This document shows positions 9,862-19,521 of a stretch of DNA of 64,000 nt, piece after piece. The notes under the pieces were generated by a model. It was not told the origin of the DNA. It worked only from the letters and a program-made list of their open reading frames with translations, and did no database searches. This DNA comes from Escherichia virus TH34. The stretch is taken from sequence record MT446407.1; one strand, written 5' to 3'. The first letter of the stretch is position 1. Each line of letters starts with the position of its first letter. Made by a program: the position numbers and the translations under genes.

Positions 9862-10338
9862 TTATTTGCTCTCGTCCGCTCCCTCCCCCTTTTCAGCGTC
9901 CTCAGAGTTGTCTTCTTCTGGAGGTAGCACATCTGCACCTAATGCTCCAGTCAAGAAGTCCTTGATTTGTGCGTTCAATGAATCTTCATTAATTACATTC
10001 TCTTCCTCAATCTTAATCTCAACAGAAGCTGCCTTCGGATATACCAGATCTGCAACTTTACTTGCAGCCTTGAATCTAAGATCAGGTGGAATATTTGGAT
10101 CTTCATAAATTTGAATCAACACTTCATCAGGGGACAGATGACTTGAAGCAACTCGGTCCAACATGAGCTGTGTCAACTTACCTCTACTACCTTTGGGTCG
10201 TCCGAACTTATTTCCCTTTTGGAACTTCCCTGTGCTTGGCTCCATACCACGGTTTTCCAATTCATCAGTTACACCGGGTAATCTTCCTGTAACCTCAGCT
10301 ACCTGTGCAGGCGTGAGTTCTCCTTTTTCTCCAAACAT
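9862..10338 (-). CDS. putative terminase small subunit
   Basis: 158 aa immediately upstream of terL; basic GRPKGSRG DNA-binding-like motif; acidic C-terminus. Confidence 0.4.
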   Translation of the reverse strand: MFGEKGELTPAQVAEVTGRLPGVTDELENRGMEPSTGKFQKGNKFGRPKGSRGKLTQLMLDRVASSHLSPDEVLIQIYEDPNIPPDLRFKAASKVADLVYPKAASVEIKIEEENVINEDSLNAQIKDFLTGALGADVLPPEEDNSEDAEKGEGADESK

Positions 10339-10403
10339 CTTATACTCCTTCTACATTATCGTTATAACAAAAAGCCTCCCACTAGAGGAGGCAACACCTT
10401 TTA

Positions 10404-11063
10404 TTAATCTACATTACCTACGTGTAGGTTGAACAAAGTCTGGAGAGCTACAGTTTCACCTTCCCAAGTCACTGGAACAGATTTGTCATTCTCTACATCA
10501 AAAGAAGAGGACGCCAAAAATTTTTTGTATTCTTCAAGCTCGGGGTCCAGAGCTTGTTCACTAGCATGTACCCACGTAACTACTTCATTACCTTCTTCAT
10601 CAATTACTACATTACGTGACCATTGATCTTTTGAATTTAAATAATTATTCAGAGCTTCATACTCGGCTTCTTCAATCATCTCAATCATTTCACGGGCATA
10701 GTCCGGTAGGTGTGCATGTTTGTCAGCTACATACGGAACAACTTCTAAATTGGATGGACACTTGCGTTTAACTTCTTTTGCTACAGTGAAATAATCTTTC
10801 ACATCTTTAGCTTCTGTACGAGGAATCAAACCTTCCCATAGTTCACGGGTTGAAGGAGCATGACCATACACAGAACCATGAGCCAGTTGTTTTACCATCT
10901 CAACTCGGGATTTACCTCCAGTAGTTTCATGAACACGATTCAGATAGAGAGTGTCCTCTGATAAAGGACGGAGATTACCATTGTAAACAACCTCGCCTTT
11001 ACATCCCATGTTCTCGTAGATTGCATTCAGTGTAGTAGTTCCTGTCATATTGTTATTCATCAT
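10404..11063 (-). CDS. hypothetical protein
   Basis: 219-aa ORF with good coding character; no confident motif. Confidence 0.45.
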   Translation of the reverse strand: MMNNNMTGTTTLNAIYENMGCKGEVVYNGNLRPLSEDTLYLNRVHETTGGKSRVEMVKQLAHGSVYGHAPSTRELWEGLIPRTEAKDVKDYFTVAKEVKRKCPSNLEVVPYVADKHAHLPDYAREMIEMIEEAEYEALNNYLNSKDQWSRNVVIDEEGNEVVTWVHASEQALDPELEEYKKFLASSSFDVENDKSVPVTWEGETVALQTLFNLHVGNVD

Positions 11064-11346
11064 TCTCTCCTTCAGTATTTACGTTATCACTATAACGATA
11101 ATCTTTAAACGTTTCAGCCTTGTAACTCACAAAGCATCTCATGTACAACCAGCCCAATGAACTAATGTCCATCGTAGCATCAAAATCTTCATCATCGTCT
11201 AGGTCTACTAATCTACCCAAACAACTCAATACCTCCTCCCCTTCATCAAATACAAATGCACATCTTTCAGTGCGGAAGTAAGGAAGCAGCTCTGATAAAA
11301 AGTCTAGAATCATTTTATATCTCCTCTGATATAAGAGAGTGATCAA
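11053..11346 (-). CDS. hypothetical acidic protein
   Basis: 97-aa ORF with a run of acidic residues (DLDDDEDFD). Confidence 0.35.
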   Translation of the reverse strand: MITLLYQRRYKMILDFLSELLPYFRTERCAFVFDEGEEVLSCLGRLVDLDDDEDFDATMDISSLGWLYMRCFVSYKAETFKDYRYSDNVNTEGENDE

Positions 11347-12450
11347 CCCATAAAGGCTTACTCATCTAAAGGCCCACCCATCTAATCTCTGAAGTAAAGG
11401 GGACTCCATAAAGGCTACCCCACATTAAGGCATACCCATAAAGGCCATGTCATGTTAAGGCCTATCCACCCATTTACTATTCCTCACCTTACCACAGTCT
11501 GCACATCTCCATGTACTCTTGTAATAAGCGTGTAATCGTTCATCACCTCTTGATATCCGGATTGGATAGTATTCGTGATTACATTTGAATTGCTTAACTA
11601 GTAACTTAATCTTCCACATAAAGTTGTTCCTCATACTTAAATCCACAACTAACGTTGGGGCATATAGTTATATATAAGAGTTTAAAATTCTGATTTGACC
11701 GAGTGGGGCTAGCCCCTCCGAGAGTGTTTTGGTAAAAAGGGGAGTCCTCATTTAAAAAAGGGTTATTACCGATGCAATCGCCTTTAGGAAATCAATCAGC
11801 CTTTAAGCTCTAAGCCTTGCCCTACCTGCTATCAGTGGCATGCCTACCCATAAATACCCTACCCATTGATATTAGACATGCATTATTTACCCATGTATAT
11901 CTAACCAGTGATTTCCTACCCGTATTTCTCTTACTCATGTTGAGAAGGGATGAAAGGCTAGACTCTGATGTACTGTACAGGCATACTAATAGAAGACTAT
12001 AACTAACCGGTATTAATAGTAACATAAGCATTAGTAACCTATATAAACTATATCGTTGATGACAATCCCCCAAGTGCTGACCAACTGCTTTGCAGGTTGG
12101 CCACGGTTTAATAGTAATAACTTATGTTAATGTTTCATGAGTGGATTATTGATGTATGTATCATTAGACTGGTATTAGTTTCTTTTATCATTCTTTTAGG
12201 TCTGTTTCTTTTTCAGCGTGTCTTTATTCTTTTTCTTTTAGTTGTTTGAGTAAATTATTTGACTGGTAATTAACTCCCGCATGGTCTGGTCTGTCATCTG
12301 TAACTAACTTACATTATACCCTACCCGTTTCCCCTTCCTCGTTAGGCTTCTTACCCATTGGCTAACCTATGCGGCACGTTCTACCCATCTGTCGTTGCCG
12401 TTGGTCTGCTACCCGTTCTATAAGTGTTATTAAGTAGTAAGCTGTATCTC
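11345..12450. repeat. repeat-rich divergent intergenic region (candidate genome terminus, pac site or regulatory hub)
   Basis: multiple short direct repeats: ccataaaggc x3 (11347-11450), (C)TACCC(A/G)T about 10 copies (11820-11960 and 12290-12420); AT/T-rich stretch 12100-12260; separates leftward late genes from rightward early genes. Confidence 0.35.
11455..11646 (-). CDS. small Cys/His zinc-finger-like protein
   Basis: 63 aa; C-x-H ... C-x2-C pattern shared with three small + strand ORFs at 22806-23383. Confidence 0.4.
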   Translation of the reverse strand: MDLSMRNNFMWKIKLLVKQFKCNHEYYPIRISRGDERLHAYYKSTWRCADCGKVRNSKWVDRP

Positions 12451-12522
12451 TGAATAAGAAAGTTTAGTAAATTAAATTCCTTTTAGATTCAGTGAGTTAT
12501 GAAATAGTTTGAAAATAAGTGG

Positions 12523-12550
12523 TTGACAAGTTTTTCCTTTAATATATAGT
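12523..12550 (+). promoter_or_regulatory. sigma70-type early promoter
   Basis: TTGACA (12523-12528), 16-nt spacer, TATAGT (12545-12550); upstream of the first early gene. Confidence 0.5.
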
Positions 12551-12595
12551 TGCGACTGTAATTTGTAGTTCACATCAACCGAAAGGATTAATGAA

Positions 12596-13459
12596 ATGTC
12601 AAAGTTAGCAATTAAATACTTGAATCAAGCAAATGATGTACTTTCTCCGTTAGGTCTTTCCGTTGGTGTGCCTTCTCAATGGATGGATAACCAGCAAGCT
12701 CGTACCAGCTTTAAAAACTCTGTCATTCTGGCTTGTCTTATCATAGATTCCGCTGCGAACGCCTTACAGTGTGAAGATGAGCAGTCAATGAAAGAGAATG
12801 GTTTTACAGATATGCAAGATGCTATCAACTGTTACATTCAGGCTAATTTAGATAGTTGGACTCAGAATGATTGGCCTGAATCTTGCCGCGATGTTAACGC
12901 AGTATTATCCCGCTTGTCTGCTATGGTTGAAGCTATTCAGAACAAGAAGAAGAAAGATAGTAAGCCTTCTATTGCAAGTAAGATTATGAAGTCTGTCAAC
13001 CTTGCAAGTTATGCGCTGGTTGCAGCTATCAGTGTTAGTGCTATCGCTACCAATGTGCAGGCAAAAGACTCTCTTTCTACAGGTCTGCAATCCTTTGTTA
13101 GCACGTTTAAGAATGCTCCTGATATGGCTTGCCGTGACGTTGGCAGTGATGGTAATGATTCATTTTGGAAGGTGCATTTTAACTCTGTAACCGTAAAAGA
13201 TGTGCGTGTCACTCTTACCCCGTTAAGTGAGAAATCAGGCATTCAGTCGGTTATTAATTTAAAGCGTGCTGATAGTGATCATGACATGGTTACATACTCT
13301 CTATATCAGAAGGTTGAGAAAGAGAAATTACAGTTCGTGACTAATCTCGTTAGCTATGGTGATGTTAGTGAAACTGTACTCGCTACCACTGCTTACAATG
13401 ACGGTGTAGCAGTTTATACAACCTTTATTAACTTTGCTAATTGTGAGGCTATCCAGTGA
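12596..13459 (+). CDS. early hypothetical protein
   Basis: 287-aa ORF with RBS aaaggatta upstream; first gene after the early promoter. Confidence 0.55.
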   Translation: MSKLAIKYLNQANDVLSPLGLSVGVPSQWMDNQQARTSFKNSVILACLIIDSAANALQCEDEQSMKENGFTDMQDAINCYIQANLDSWTQNDWPESCRDVNAVLSRLSAMVEAIQNKKKKDSKPSIASKIMKSVNLASYALVAAISVSAIATNVQAKDSLSTGLQSFVSTFKNAPDMACRDVGSDGNDSFWKVHFNSVTVKDVRVTLTPLSEKSGIQSVINLKRADSDHDMVTYSLYQKVEKEKLQFVTNLVSYGDVSETVLATTAYNDGVAVYTTFINFANCEAIQ

Positions 13460-13704
13460 ACGAATCATTTGCAACCGTAATAAACTCCCATATGTGCATC
13501 CAGCATGGTGATTTGGTTATCAGCGGTAAATATGGGCTTGTACTGATTCCTATCCGTGCTTTGGCTTCCTTGTCTTCAGCACATGCACGCATGACTATTG
13601 CCCGGTTGTCCGGCCTTGATCCGATGGATGCTAACGAATATCGTGATTTGCTGGTTAAATCCGGTCTATCACTGGAAGAACTGTTAACCGTCGAGGATCG
13701 TTAA
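13456..13704 (+). CDS. hypothetical small protein
   Basis: 82-aa ORF; start overlaps the upstream stop (translational coupling). Confidence 0.4.
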   Translation: MNESFATVINSHMCIQHGDLVISGKYGLVLIPIRALASLSSAHARMTIARLSGLDPMDANEYRDLLVKSGLSLEELLTVEDR

Positions 13705-13816
13705 TGGTGATTCATAAATACTTTTTGCATTGCCTGATTGCTTTCTGTATCATGTTATTTACCTATGACATGATTTCTTATGTTGCACGTTCTTTTTAAG
13801 GATTGCCCCAATCGTA

Positions 13817-14158
13817 TTGGAGGATTGGATTATGAAAATTAAATTAGCTGTATGTGCTGCCTTGTTCGCTGTTTCTTCCGTGTCTTATGCTGCCGTATTC
13901 AATGAGGCTAATCTCGATGGCCTGCAATGTACCTACCTTATGGAAAATTACGACACTGGCAAGAAGTCCAGCAAGGTAGTATTGATTGACCTGAATGACT
14001 ACGACAACAAGGTTGTTGATAGCAAATATGCGATGCTTGTTAACGAAGCTACAGGCAAACAAATTACTATTGATCACATGATGCGGTCTAGTATGACGTT
14101 GTTCGATGAGTCGATGAACGAAATATCATCCGGTAACGGCACTTGCACCAATCCGTAA
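13817..14158 (+). CDS. small secreted/periplasmic protein
   Basis: 113 aa; N-terminal signal peptide MKIKLAVCAALFAVSSVSYAAV; RBS ggagg upstream. Confidence 0.5.
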   Translation: MEDWIMKIKLAVCAALFAVSSVSYAAVFNEANLDGLQCTYLMENYDTGKKSSKVVLIDLNDYDNKVVDSKYAMLVNEATGKQITIDHMMRSSMTLFDESMNEISSGNGTCTNP

Positions 14159-14177
14159 CCAACCCGTAAGACTTCCT

Positions 14178-14204
14178 AAGCGCCCTTTTGAGGCGCTTTT
14201 TTCA
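14178..14204 (+). terminator. rho-independent terminator
   Basis: aagcgccc-tttt-gaggcgctt followed by a T-run. Confidence 0.6.
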
Positions 14205-14705
14205 TTTCTAAGGTGATTGCACATCTTGCCCCTGTTTAGCTCGTTAGAACGCCTCCTGTATGCCTTATTTTCGATTATAAGGCTTGTTTTCTTCCTCCCC
14301 TGATGTTATTCGTGCGCGTGCTCATCTATACCTAAAAGAAAGTGAAATTATTTTAGAAAAAGGTATTGCTTTCTTTGCTTGATAGATTTATATTTGAATC
14401 TCAGGTTTAGTTATGCAGTCGGTAACAAGCCTGATAGGCTAGACTTTTAGCCTTGCTCTTTAAAAACAAGGTTTGCTTAGGAGTGGTGCTAACAAGCGTC
14501 ATTACTATAAGGCACTTAGTTGATTATCCTAGTCGATTCCTCTTTCATGCGTGGATTTGGCGGCCTATAAGGTCGATACTTCAAAGAAATCAGCGTTTAA
14601 CAGTGTACTAGATTCTCTCAAGGCAAACTTTGTTTACTAGCTCTTTAAAAATTCGATTAGTGTATCTTGATAAACTCCCAACCATGCCATAATGAGGATT
14701 TATCC

Positions 14706-14906
14706 ATGAACATTTACACCTTCTCAAGCAAAGACACGCAAATCACTTGCACTAGCATTAACGTTACTAACATGATTATGAGAATAGTCGGTAGCACGTT
14801 ACAGCAAGCGAAAGAAATGATAGCTGATGCCGACAATGGCAAATCTATCGCGGTGTTATCGCTGGTAAGTACGGATAAAGATTTAACCTTTAAACGTATG
14901 AACTAA
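14706..14906 (+). CDS. hypothetical small protein
   Basis: ATG at 14706 preceded by gagga RBS; 66 aa; lies inside the ORF-poor region. Confidence 0.3.
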   Translation: MNIYTFSSKDTQITCTSINVTNMIMRIVGSTLQQAKEMIADADNGKSIAVLSLVSTDKDLTFKRMN

Positions 14907-14967
14907 GGTAGGTTAGCGGCCTCAATGGTCGCTAGTTTATCAAGATGCATTAATCGAAAAATAGTTG

Positions 14968-14995
14968 TTGACACGTCGAATCACTATGATAAGAT
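14968..14995 (+). promoter_or_regulatory. sigma70-type promoter
   Basis: TTGACA (14968-14973), 16-nt spacer, TAAGAT; A-rich upstream. Confidence 0.45.
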
Positions 14996-15002
14996 GTGAT
15001 CT

Positions 15003-15127
15003 CAGCAGTACAGAACACTTCCAGATAGATGATTAGCATCATGTAAAAAGGCTTAAACTGGAAGGAGTGGGAACACTCAAGGCACGACGCCGAGGAAGAC
15101 GGCGACATATTTAACGCTCTTTAACAA
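15003..15127 (+). ncRNA. candidate short transcript (promoter to hairpin + GCTCTTTAACAA element)
   Basis: no ORF; bounded by the promoter at 14968 and a cgccg/cggcg hairpin followed by the conserved motif at 15116-15127. Confidence 0.25.
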
Positions 15128-15199
15128 ATTATCATCTTGCCCTTTCGCATAGATTCAAGCGAGATAAGGGAATAGAATAAAAGAAGATGATAAAAAGAG

Positions 15200-15227
15200 T
15201 TGACAAGGTGAAACACTCTGTTAGAAT
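15200..15227 (+). promoter_or_regulatory. sigma70-type promoter
   Basis: TTGACA (15200-15205), 16-nt spacer, TAGAAT (15222-15227). Confidence 0.55.
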
Positions 15228-15234
15228 GTTCACT

Positions 15235-15394
15235 AAGCAAGGCAACTTGCTAAACAGTTCCCTAAGTGACGTAGCGCGGGAAAGGTGGCACATAGTGCAG
15301 CGCGTAGGTCGGGTATAGCCGCCCCGTTAGTGCATAAGTAGGCTTAAAAATGAAATGTTTGCGGAGTCATGAAAACCGCACCGCTCTTTAAAAA
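15235..15394 (+). ncRNA. candidate short transcript
   Basis: no ORF; ends with hairpin gcgg...ccgc followed by CCGCTCTTTAAAAA (15383-15394). Confidence 0.25.
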
Positions 15395-15497
15395 TATGAA
15401 TCAGAAAGTTAAGCGCAACCGCTTACAATCTTGTTAATCCAATGCGTGATTAACTAGTCATTCGAAAGAATAGACGAGAAAAAGATTTAAAAAGTGG

Positions 15498-15526
15498 TTG
15501 ACACGCTAAACGGGATGATTCATAAT
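15498..15526 (+). promoter_or_regulatory. sigma70-type promoter
   Basis: TTGACA (15498-15503), 17-nt spacer, CATAAT (15521-15526). Confidence 0.55.
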
Positions 15527-15532
15527 GAGCAC

Positions 15533-15620
15533 TCACTAGGCAACTAGTGAAACGCGAAACCACGGCGAACGGTGGCGGGAGGTGAGAAAGCACCTCGATA
15601 GATTTACCGCTCTTTAACAA
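15533..15620 (+). ncRNA. candidate short transcript
   Basis: no ORF; ends with CCGCTCTTTAACAA (15609-15620). Confidence 0.25.
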
Positions 15621-16437
15621 TTTAAACTTCTTCCTATATCGGTTGAACATGATGAGCAATAATAACCATTGCAAGTCATGCCAGATAAAACGATGTAAGG
15701 CGCTCTAGAGTATCAGAGAAAACGGCCTTGCAATCCCTTACTGGAAACGATGCCACTGATAAACGAAGTTATCGAGTACATGCAATGCTTAAGCTAATCA
15801 CCTACGGTTAAAGGGTAGCGGCGGCGGGGCTAGTAAAGTGCTACGGTAATAGACGTTAATCAGGGTAATCAATCCCGACTAATTTAGCTCAATAGCGAGC
15901 GACGGAATGAAGGTTAAAGAGTAGCAAATTGCTATTTAATAATAAGGTTTAAGTGTGAGTGTTTACTGAGCAAGTTGTTTGATGCACATCAATATGATGT
16001 GAGTACATAACAATGCAATGTAGTAAACCGTGAGAGAGATAATCAAACGCCAATTTATCAGGCGGTTAATGACTCTTTGCCATATACTTTCCCGTAGTAG
16101 GTGATAAGTCGGCTTAGAGAGTTAATATAAAAGGGTATCGCGGAGCGAACGTAAAGTAAACAGTAATGCTATCGGCTAGAAGGTTAGCTAATTAGAGATA
16201 GACACACTGCCTTATTATGATGATTAATCATCGCTGGCAAATCGGCTTCGTTTATAGCGATTAATAGAATCCACCGGATGAAACATCATGGCAAGTTAGG
16301 CGGCAAGGTTAACTCCTGATAAGTCCGCCTGATTTACCACTGATTACTAATAGTTAGTGATTAGTGTTAAGTCATTGTGACTTGAATAGCTCATAGAGAG
16401 CGGCGCATAGAGCGTTTCAATTAAAAGGTAAATTATC

Positions 16438-17340
16438 ATGGCTAAATCTTTCAATCTGGTTAATGAATCCGGTTTTAACGCACTGGCTAACAACATTCGC
16501 AGCAATAACGCAGCAATTAAGCAAGATGTTTCTAACTTCCTGTTAGGTCACTTACAGCACTTCCGTGCTAACGGTAAGAAGTTAGACGTGTTACAGGCGG
16601 CGGTAGACTTCCTGTTAACTGAACGTTACCGTGATTTAGATGTGATTGCAGTTGCAATTTCTTTCCTAACTCCTGTTAAGTACAACAGCGACGCGGCGAA
16701 CGGTAAAAAGAAATGGATTAATCTGGAAGGTGAAGCGAAAGCGAAAGAAGACGCTAAACCTGAACAAGTTAAGGCCAAAATGGAACAAAACCGTGCCCGC
16801 TGGTCTAACTCCTTTGAACGCTTTGCGAAAGGCGAAGACGTGCAGGTTGATAACCCAGCATTTTATAAAGGTTGCAACGACAACGTTCCGGTAGCAAATC
16901 AGATTAACCAGAAGGTTAACGAAAACTTTAATCAGGACATTTACGCTTTAACTGATCGTTTGGCTGCAATCCGTATTGAAGCGGCACTACTGGCCGATGA
17001 ACGCAACGGAGCATCTTCTGATAACACTATCGCATTGAGTGAAGAAGTAGGCAAAGTTAAGAAAACTTTCGATTCACTCCTTAAGAAAGTAACCGCATCA
17101 ACTGTATCTATCAGCGATGACTACTTGATTAACGCATCTTCAAAAGAGCTTGAATCTCTGGACTCATACGCTGATGAAATGGAAAAGGCGATCAACGAAA
17201 TGACCGAAAAATTGTCTAACCTTCGCGGTCGTATCTCAAATGCTTCAACTGTCAAAGCGAACGAGAAAGCGGCGGCAGACGAGGAAGAAGTATTGCGTAA
17301 AGCTGCCGAGATCATGGCAGCACGCCAACAAGCTGCATAA
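16438..17340 (+). CDS. early hypothetical protein (300 aa), predicted helical
   Basis: long ORF with RBS; followed by a strong terminator; no recognisable motif. Confidence 0.6.
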   Translation: MAKSFNLVNESGFNALANNIRSNNAAIKQDVSNFLLGHLQHFRANGKKLDVLQAAVDFLLTERYRDLDVIAVAISFLTPVKYNSDAANGKKKWINLEGEAKAKEDAKPEQVKAKMEQNRARWSNSFERFAKGEDVQVDNPAFYKGCNDNVPVANQINQKVNENFNQDIYALTDRLAAIRIEAALLADERNGASSDNTIALSEEVGKVKKTFDSLLKKVTASTVSISDDYLINASSKELESLDSYADEMEKAINEMTEKLSNLRGRISNASTVKANEKAAADEEEVLRKAAEIMAARQQAA

Positions 17341-17360
17341 CCTACAATAAAGAACATATA

Positions 17361-17394
17361 AGGCGCTATTCGAAAGGGTAGCGCCTTTTCTTTT
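17361..17394 (+). terminator. rho-independent terminator
   Basis: aggcgctat-tcgaaagg-gtagcgcct followed by tttcttttact. Confidence 0.6.
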
Positions 17395-17448
17395 ACTAGT
17401 GCATTGATTCAGTGTACTAATCAAAGAAACTAAAAAGAGATAAACACC

Positions 17449-17673
17449 ATGCCAAAATTGAAAACAGAAGTTAAGATGTATCGTAACGTCATCAACAACA
17501 TGACCTATCGAAAAACCGATAAATATGGAATCGAGTGTAAGTGCATTCTTACCGGTGAATGGTATCCGTCGCCGATTCAAGAACAAGCGTTAATTGAAAA
17601 CTCTGTTACTTACACTATCACGCAGGAAACTAAGCTAGGCCGATTCCTTCGTAAGTTAGGGCTACGCAAATGA
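17449..17673 (+). CDS. hypothetical small protein
   Basis: 74-aa ORF with RBS. Confidence 0.4.
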   Translation: MPKLKTEVKMYRNVINNMTYRKTDKYGIECKCILTGEWYPSPIQEQALIENSVTYTITQETKLGRFLRKLGLRK

Positions 17674-17891
17674 TCTTAACTCAATCCCATTTGTGTCCTA
17701 TCTGTAAGAAAGCGCGTGCTAATAACAATCATCGCAAGTGTAGCAGAATCCTACAGCGTCGTCGTAATGATGCCGAGATGGATAAAATGCACAAAAACCA
17801 GCATGAGCACGAAAGAAAACAAGCGGCGATCAATGCATCTTCTGTAATGTATCGTCGTGTAAGATCACTCCAATATAAGGATGCTATCTAA
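17670..17891 (+). CDS. small basic Cys-containing protein
   Basis: 73 aa; CPICKK...HRKC motif; very basic. Confidence 0.4.
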   Translation: MILTQSHLCPICKKARANNNHRKCSRILQRRRNDAEMDKMHKNQHEHERKQAAINASSVMYRRVRSLQYKDAI

Positions 17892-18100
17892 TGACCAGTT
17901 TAAGCACGTTAGAGAAGAAAGCTACTCGACTGCTAGGGCGTCGTGTCCGCTATCACTACCTGAATAAAGGTAAGGCATTAACCGGACGTATTACCACGGT
18001 GTCCAGTCGCTGCGGTAAGTTAATATCTGTAAGTGTCCTCTTTGATGGCGAACGTGTAGCAATTACACGTAGTTGGAAGTCGTTTAGTTTAATTGATTAA
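17891..18100 (+). CDS. small KOW/SH3-like protein, paralog group with 19807 and 19984
   Basis: 69 aa; LLGRRVRY...GRITTV pattern resembling the two ORFs at 19807-20169. Confidence 0.4.
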   Translation: MTSLSTLEKKATRLLGRRVRYHYLNKGKALTGRITTVSSRCGKLISVSVLFDGERVAITRSWKSFSLID

Positions 18101-18170
18101 GTTATTTGGTTAAGCCTTGCTATGTGGTAAGGCTTGCACGATATAATTTATCAGCGAAAGGAATAAAGCA

Positions 18171-18614
18171 ATGGCTAAATCTAAAATCAGCATGAAAGGC
18201 GGGCGTGTGTTCTCGATGAGTGAACTGGAAAAAGATAAGCCAGTCGCTACTAACCACATTAGCAAACGTAGCCTTAAACGTAGAGCTATCAAACAAACCG
18301 CTCAAGAACATAAACCCTCTACCGTAGCAAAGGTGTTAGGTCGTCGTGTTCATCGTGCTGATGCGCTTCTTAAAGCTGATCATAACCGTTCACTGTTAAC
18401 CAACGGTGCAGCGAAAACAGAAGAAGAGAAACGTTTAGAAATCTATTGCAACGGTCGCACTAAAGGTAAGCAGAAGAATAAAGGTAGCACTAAGCCACCG
18501 AAAGCTTTCCCTACTACTAGTCAATGTGCACCGGATGTTTTCTACGCTGACAGTCAGCATAAGTGGGGAGTCGAAAAATACATTGACCCCATCAAGGAAG
18601 CGAGAGTAAAGTAA
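18171..18614 (+). CDS. highly basic protein (possible nucleic-acid-binding)
   Basis: 147 aa, Lys/Arg-rich throughout. Confidence 0.45.
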   Translation: MAKSKISMKGGRVFSMSELEKDKPVATNHISKRSLKRRAIKQTAQEHKPSTVAKVLGRRVHRADALLKADHNRSLLTNGAAKTEEEKRLEIYCNGRTKGKQKNKGSTKPPKAFPTTSQCAPDVFYADSQHKWGVEKYIDPIKEARVK

Positions 18615-18855
18615 GCCTCTTCTCTGTACCAGTAGTCAACTACTATGACGCTCTTCTTGAGCGTCTTTGTGTCTGCCGCCTTTGTGCGGCTTTTTGCGTA
18701 GCTAGTGATGCCTAAAGGGCACTCCCTTTGTGAATCATTGGCATGGTTCAATCCCTATTGGATGGTCATTTGACCGGGCCTTTAACGAGGCCGCTTTTTT
18801 AAGAGTCTTTACGAGGATTCTTAAATGAGTGAGGTCATGTTCACTCTTTCAGGTC

Positions 18856-18882
18856 GCCCCGTCTTCGGATGGGGCTTTTTTA
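18856..18882 (+). terminator. rho-independent terminator
   Basis: gccccgtc-ttcg-gatggggc followed by ttttttat. Confidence 0.6.
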
Positions 18883-18909
18883 TGCCCGTAAAACAGGAGG
18901 TAGTAAGTT

Positions 18910-19320
18910 CTGATAACGACAGCCCAGCTACTTTTGACATTGACTATTTATTATGAGGCAGGGAATCAGCCAACCGCTTGCAAAGCATTAGTAGCGGATA
19001 CCGTAATAAACAGAATGTCACAACGAAAACTGACTGCCGAGCAGGTTATAAACCAACGAAACCAGTTCGAGTGGATACCCGTCTTATTAAAGAAGGAGAA
19101 ACCTTTCAAACGTTATGTAAAGCTAATTCGTGATGATAATCCCCTGATAAAGAAGTCAATCAGAGAGAGCGAGCGGCTTGCAAGGCGTGCACTGAAGAAA
19201 AGTTATGTGCCTTTATACAGTGGTACATACTTTCAGAGTAAGAGCGAAGGGGTGCCAAAGTGGTATACCAATCCAATGTATTGTGGTGATTTAGTGTTCA
19301 ATAATAGTGCCCGTGACTGA
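18910..19320 (+). CDS. SleB/CwlJ-like cell wall hydrolase (start codon uncertain, non-ATG)
   Basis: YYEAGNQ, VADTVINRM, NQRNQFEWI, SERLARRAL, PKWY segments match the CwlJ/SleB family pattern; no in-frame ATG or GTG after stop at 18904; AGGAGG at 18895-18900 is 9 nt upstream of CTG 18910. Confidence 0.55.
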   Translation: MITTAQLLLTLTIYYEAGNQPTACKALVADTVINRMSQRKLTAEQVINQRNQFEWIPVLLKKEKPFKRYVKLIRDDNPLIKKSIRESERLARRALKKSYVPLYSGTYFQSKSEGVPKWYTNPMYCGDLVFNNSARD

Positions 19321-19521
19321 TTCATAGGTGCCAAGATTGACAAACTAAATTTCCTTATAAATCACCTACTTATGATTTTCTCTGCAAAAAGTGGTAGTGA
19401 TTCGGAACCAGAGGTAATGACTGTATATAGACCTCTGAAAATTATTGATAGAAATTAAGTTTAGAAATAATAAATTCTAAATAATATTTCTTATAATATC
19501 TTACTTTAAGAGGATAAAGAT

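Noticed and set aside
11817-12073. Two overlapping ORFs (61 and 83 aa) in the divergent intergenic region
   Set aside because: Low-complexity products generated by the TACCC repeat clusters; no RBS; the region is more plausibly noncoding.
17121-17586. Minus-strand ORFs of 78 and 113 aa
   Set aside because: Antisense to the 300-aa early gene and to the terminator/promoter region; the 113-aa ORF runs through an intrinsic terminator.
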